The notes under the pieces are model-generated. The model worked only from the letters and a program-made list of their open reading frames with translations, was not told the DNA's origin and made no database searches. From Eledone cirrhosa (taxonomy: Eukaryota): a stretch of DNA of 64,000 nt. Location: positions 110,918,001 to 110,982,000 of the forward strand of contig OZ024742.1 of assembly GCA_964016885.1 (NCBI GenBank), in the 5' to 3' direction. Below are positions 58,301 to 64,000 of the stretch, piece by piece. The position numbers were made by a program, and so were the translations under genes. Numbering within the stretch: the stretch's first letter is position 1; every line of letters starts with the position of its first letter.

Positions 58301-59442
58301 ACCCCGGTTACGGCCTACCCACAAGCCCCCCCCCCCCGGTAGGTCACCTACACCCCGTACCAATGACCATTGGACAACAACAACCACCCATGGTTTGCGG
58401 TCCTTATGGTGGATGGTCCACCAGATCCTCTACTGATTGGGAGTCATCTAAACAATGTTTTATTGAACCTGATTTTATATATATATATGTATATATGTGT
58501 CATGTGTATATATATGTGTATTTTATGTGTGTATGTATGCGTATGTTTTATGTATGTGTACGTATCTGTATGTATACATTTTATATATATATATTTGTAT
58601 GTGTGTGTGTACTTTTTTTATATATATATATATATATATATGTATGTTTTACTTGTGTATATATTTTGTGTGTGTGTGTGTGTGCCTATGTATATATATA
58701 TTTTTTTATCTTTTTGTATGTATATATTTCATATATATGCATGTTCTGTGTATATATATACATTATATATATGTATATATATATATATGTGTATACGTGT
58801 ACGTACATGCATGCATGCATATGTATATATGCACACTTGTATGGATTTGTGTGTGTAGATGTGTGAGTGTTTGAGGGGGTAGGTGTGAGTGTATGTACAA
58901 GTGAACCAGCATAAACTCTTTATTTCAAAATGTTCTAAACTATCTAAGTATTGGACTCTAACCATTATATTAAGTATTACCACCACACATTTTGTATGTG
59001 TAGAAGTGTGTATGTGTCTGTGGAGGTGTGTGTGTGAGTGTAGTGCAAGCCAACCTACATAAGCCTTTTTATTTGTAAACTTTCTACTCCAACCATAATT
59101 TTCAGTAGCACCACTCCACATAAATACCTCAATTTAAGAATGGCCTGTAGTATCTATTTCATACTATCATCCTTATTTAAAAATATATCTGACCAAGAAA
59201 ATCAGTCATGTGAAAATCAGTCATGTGGAACTATTGTCATCTTGCCTGATGGTTTGAACCCGACAGAACCACCTGCCACTTTGAGGTCAAGTACCAACCT
59301 ACTACCATCTACAAACTGACCAATGAGAATCAAGACTATTCCTGCTGACAGCATCAAAATATTCCTAACAAGCTCATATGTCCCAAGGCTCTGATACCAT
59401 CAACACTATACACACAGAGCTGGCATATCTAAGAACTGACTA

Positions 59443-59498
59443 ACTGCCTGATGAGGTCATAGCCATTCAATGGCTATCATCGAAATATATATAGCAGT
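59443..59498 (+). ncRNA. Type I hammerhead motif (family A-related)
   Basis: actgc-CTGATGA-ggtcatagccat(tca)atggctatcatc-GAAA-tatata-TA-gcagt, followed by AATAAA. Confidence 0.85.
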
Positions 59499-59559
59499 AA
59501 ATAAAGGATTATGAGTTCATGCAATTGACTTATGTTTCGTCAATATATATATATAAAAG

Positions 59560-59752
59560 GAACGATCGACTATCGTCAAATCGAACCGAGGAAACAATTG
59601 CTAACACTATCTTTCGGTCGCAGCTCCAGGTAGAAGGGTCAACGTGAAATAAAGAGTCTTGCTCAAGGACATAACGCATCGCCCGGTCCGGGAATCGAAC
59701 TTACAACCTCACGATGCGAATCCAATTCTCTAACCACTCAGCCACACGCCTT
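59560..59752 (-). mobile_element. SINE family 2 copy
   Basis: Reverse complement ggcgtgtggctgagtggttagag...gttcgattcccggacc...gtccttgagcaag; homologous to 6362-6550. Confidence 0.8.
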
Positions 59753-59877
59753 CATATGTATAAACAAGATTATAATTTAGTTTTTTGCTCCAACATAGCG
59801 GATACGTAAGTGCATTCGTGAGGTTTATAATGTATAATAATTGTTTCTACTTACGAATCGAATATAATTATTATACG

Positions 59878-60370
59878 TTGGCAGTATCGGTAGGCGGACA
59901 TGCTTTCCAGCATAGTTACGTCCCTTTACGATCTGAGTTGAAATCCCGCCGAGGTTAACTTTGCTTGTCATCCTTACGACGTCGATAAAATAAAGTACCA
60001 GTAATGTACTGGCCTTGTGCCTAACGTAGAAACAATTATTATACGTTTATAACGTAAAATAATTGTTTCTAATTTTGGCACAAGGCCAGCAATAAGGTTA
60101 ACTTTGCCTTTCATCCTTACGAGGTCGATAAAATAAAGTACCAGTAATACACTGGTACTTTATTTTATCGACCTCGTAAGGATGAAAGGCAAAGTTAACC
60201 TCGGCAGGATTTGAACTCAGATCATAAAGGGCCGTAACTCTTTGCTGCAAAGCATGGCGTCCGACCCTCTACCGATACTGCCAATCCACCGTATAATAAT
60301 TGCTTCTACTTTTGGCACAAGGCCAGCAATTATTCCAGTATATTTCTGGTACTTTATTTTATCGGCCCCT
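59878..60370. mobile_element. SINE family 1 cluster (+ copy, - copy with internal fold-back, - partial)
   Basis: Copies at ~59878-60040 (+), 60060-60291 (-) and 60295-60370 (-). Confidence 0.8.
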
Positions 60371-61591
60371 TCATACAAAGGCTCCCTATCAAATAGTGAA
60401 AGAAGGATCGATAGTTAAAACGATCACTCTACAGTCTAGAGTTGTAAACATTAATTTGAGTGAAACTGAATAGATTGAAACTATTTACAATCATTTCAGA
60501 CGGATTTTGTAATTGTAAATTTATAGGGTCAGCTTCGTAGTATACTGTTTCAAGCCGAATCTCAACCATTACACAATGGTTATACCTTCTTAACTATTTC
60601 ACGATTAGGCAGTTCCATGTTTAGAACAATTAGAATATACATCGTGAAAATTGATGCAGTTCCATTACACCATAACACGCCTATCAAAGCGTGTCACTAT
60701 GAGAGAATATTTAATAAGAAGTACTATATGACGATATCGTGTATTTACCTGACCGACCAATTTTGAACAATGATTGCAGCAGAGTGGAATCCGAAAACAC
60801 ACACACCGAAGTATATACAAACACGAGATATGTTATTGTTTAATTTATTACCAACATTACAAATATTGCTTCACTGAATTCTTCGAATCATTCATTCTGC
60901 ACTGTTCGCAACATTTTGAACTGACAGGGGCTTGTTTACGTTTTGCTTTACGTTTGTTTTAGTGACGGCTATCGGGTAGTTCATTACTGCATTTTAGAGT
61001 TAAATAAATGAAATAAAAAAAAAAACATTAAATATATTATAGTTGCAGGGTCAAGACAGGGAAGTGACACGCATGAACATTGACCTTTTAATTTATTTTC
61101 AGCACTTATTTTATATTTTGTTAGACAATGAAATTATCGAAGAGACACCATTGTTGGGTTACACTGAGAACATAAGCTGACGTTAAACCGACCGTGGTTA
61201 TATGAGAACCACTTTGCAATGGCAACGTAAAATTCAGAGACTCTTTAGAAGAGATTCAGAAAAGGTCTGCCCGCTTAATATTTTTGAACTCACGCCAGAA
61301 AAACCTACTTTCCGAAATGTACAAATATTGAGTGTTTGAAAAAATCGAATAAGTACTCTTTGTGTTACACCTACCACAAAGACCAGAGCAGGCTAACCTC
61401 AGAAATTGTACAAACCAAGTAATAAATTGGAGAAAATTATAAAACATGAGAAAGAATGAATACTCAATGATACAACAGTGTGGGAGAACTCTCGCACTTA
61501 TTCAGCATGTAGTAAATTATATATACTACATGCCGAATAATGGTTTGTATTTGAAATAGAAATAGAAGCTCCACAATAATACTTTGATTAA

Positions 61592-61779
61592 ATAATTGTT
61601 TCTACTTTTGGCACAAGGCCAGCAATTATCCCAGTGTATTACTGGTACTTGTTTTATCGACCCCGTAAGGATGAAAGGCAAAGTTAACCTCGGCGGGATT
61701 TGTACCCAGAATGGCAAGGGCCGTAACTCAATGCGTCAAATCATGACGTTCGACCCTCTACCGATACTGCCAATCCACT
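61592..61779 (-). mobile_element. SINE family 1 copy
   Basis: Consensus match. Confidence 0.85.
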
Positions 61780-63589
61780 AATATAGTCTAAAGGATAAGG
61801 TAGTTCGTTGCAAATTGTTAACACAACCCAAATAGTAAGCATTCAACGACAGGCTATGCCTGGGGAACTGACGCAACGTGAGAAGGGATAAGGATTAGAG
61901 GGGAGAAATAAAGGAAAGAAAATGAATAACGACAAGGTAAAATGAAGATATTGACATGAGAAAAAAAGCTCACTCAGATTGGGCGAAATGACGAGAGAAG
62001 ATTTATGATAAAAGAGTATTAGATTTTGTATTCAATTAAGGTGTGAAACTGGAAACAACGCTTAAATGTAGCGGCTGACTGGGATTGACAACAGGCAGAA
62101 TCAAGCCATCAACAAATATAAATTCAGCTGGGATAGAAGGATTTACTTAATGAGTAGAATGTCACATTGACCCGTTAAATGGGAAAAAGAACGCAACAAA
62201 GATAAGAGGAGGGGCAGAGTGTTCCGTGTATGCGTGTAAATGCAAGTTAGGAAGCTAGGATAATGCATAATATAGTAGGTACCTAGGCAACGAAATCTAC
62301 GCTAACTCACACTTATTCTAGAACTCTGTAATCATAGCAAGATGCATGGATATATTAATGAAAATTGAGATACGGAACGTGAATAAAATATATATTATCG
62401 GATAGGTGTTACTAATCTGAGATAACAAAATAATGGCACACACAAACTTTCTTATAAATTACACATATTTATATACACACCAAATTACACTTATATATGT
62501 ATATACCTACAAGTCAAATCTTCAAAATTCTCCTATTGCGTTACATGAAATATAAACTTGAACATTGGAAAATATTATGTCATGAACATGTGCATTTGGG
62601 TGTGGGTGTAGACCGTATATTTTGCATAGTTATGTGTATGCCGGAATATGGCTATATGTGTGAATTAACATGCATACAAATATGCTTGTGGATTTGTGAG
62701 GTTGTGTTGCTCACATCGTCGCATAGATCGGGAAATACCTGTATATTACTACCTTTTTCTATATCTTTTGTATCTACGTGTCTGTGGAGGGCAGATTGAA
62801 TTTGCTGCTTGTGTTTCCGTCGTGCCTCAGATACATCCTGAATTTGTTTTGTTTTGCTGTTCTCTACAAGGTTTGATGCATGTATTCAGTTTCATATCAC
62901 AACAGATACACCTATACGGGGATTTTTATATTTGATCTATATTTTTCTACAAAACTTGATACTTATTTATAGTAATACAGGTCATGTTTTCTCCATTATA
63001 CTTCATACGTTTACTAGCATATTCTGTACAGGAAATATGTATTCATTATTAACTGTTTTAGGGGACGATTTACTCAAATCCCCTTTCTCCCCCCAAATCG
63101 TTTGTCTTGTGTCTAAATCAGAAAACATTCTTACCTGTTTTATAACATACTTTTCCTTTCCTACTTTTTTCTTCTCAGTTAGTTTTTTGTCACACAGTCT
63201 ATTATATACTTACATGAATTCCATTCATAGAGTAGAGCTTTCTTCCTGGAATGTGTAAACGGTTTTTTAAGCTACTAAAGAACACCATATTTTTCCACGA
63301 AAGTTACATATTTATTTCTTCTTGATCTATGTCCCTGATTTCTTATGTTTCGTAGATTATGTAAGCTTGAAATTGTTTAATATAACTCTTTCTGTTTCAT
63401 AGAATTTAGATACTAATGCTTCCCTGATGTATCTACAATAATCGGTCTTAAATGGTGAACATAAGTGTATTAATAAATTCCGTTTTCCTGTCTAAATTCT
63501 CTCTCGTCTTTTAACTTATGTTTCTAAACATGAATTTAAACGGTTACAACTTTATAATTAGCTCAACCTCCAAATTGAATTTAGCCCTG

Positions 63590-64000
63590 CCGCAATGTTG
63601 GCCGACAGGCTGTATACGCGTTTGGATAGTCCTTTAACTATTGCTTCTATGACTGACTTGGGTTGGTTCGATTGCCTGTTCACATATTGCAGGTTCTCAT
63701 TGGGCTTGTGATAAGGTTGGTGTATGCCCGTATTCATTTCCAGAGTAACGTCCAGGAAATTCGCCGTCTTAATGCTAGGATCTATCATCACGGATAAGCC
63801 GTGTTGCTTAAAAAAATGCGATATGCTCTTCCACATATGCTCCAGCTGGCTGAGGTTTTGGGAATGGAAGGTAAAAAGTGCGTCGTCCTGCCTGTATATT
63901 TCTCCGCCGATCCCTGGAATCTCCTCCGCTAATCTTTGGAGGAGATAGATTCCCACCAGGTCCGTCACCTGCGCAGAGTCGCTCGACCCCATAGTAATGT
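63590..64000 (-). pseudogene. PLE RT core fragment related to 55918-59543, runs off window end
   Basis: ITMGSSDSAQVTDLVGIY, IYRQDDAL, NFLDVTL, PYHKPNE..YVNRQSNQP. Confidence 0.88.

Larger units (their letters stand above)
55918..59543 (+). mobile_element. PLE with RT and C-terminal GIY-YIG (probably Hydra clade), long microsatellite-containing 3' UTR and terminal HHR
   Basis: ILVHADKTNNLY, RLIAP, QLDI, FDITMGSSDSA, GLYRDD, NFLD, SNHP, WYNPPYS, CNCR, VVY..YIG, CKLC..E, LLN..CRH; TA flanks; linkage of the distal HHR to this copy is inferred. Confidence 0.9.

Noticed and set aside
61100-63550. Possible ancient LINE remnants (LEEIQKRSARLI-like at ~61245)
   Set aside because: Too decayed to delimit or classify.

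Overview
AT-rich, microsatellite-dense animal genomic DNA. The SINE and repeat repertoire resembles an octopod cephalopod, though this is an inference. No host gene exon could be supported, and nearly all long ORFs are transposon remnants or microsatellite artefacts. The window holds two Helitrons (one near full length and split by a hAT-like element carrying further nested inserts), RTE, Tx1/L1 and CR1-like LINE remnants, and about 20 tRNA-derived SINE copies. The dominant unexplained structure is a dense set of Penelope-like element (PLE) insertions in (TA)n tracts. Most are fold-back (inverted) or partial-tandem pseudo-LTRs carrying minimal type I hammerhead ribozyme (HHR) motifs, with a recurring 'short end / extended end' asymmetry and stutter duplications at the hairpin apex. 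One C-terminal-GIY-YIG PLE (probably Hydra clade) has two in-frame TGA codons in its endonuclease region, one at a conserved Cys, plus an imperfect SECIS-like hairpin after the stop, making it a candidate selenoprotein retroelement. Boundaries were read by eye and are approximate.
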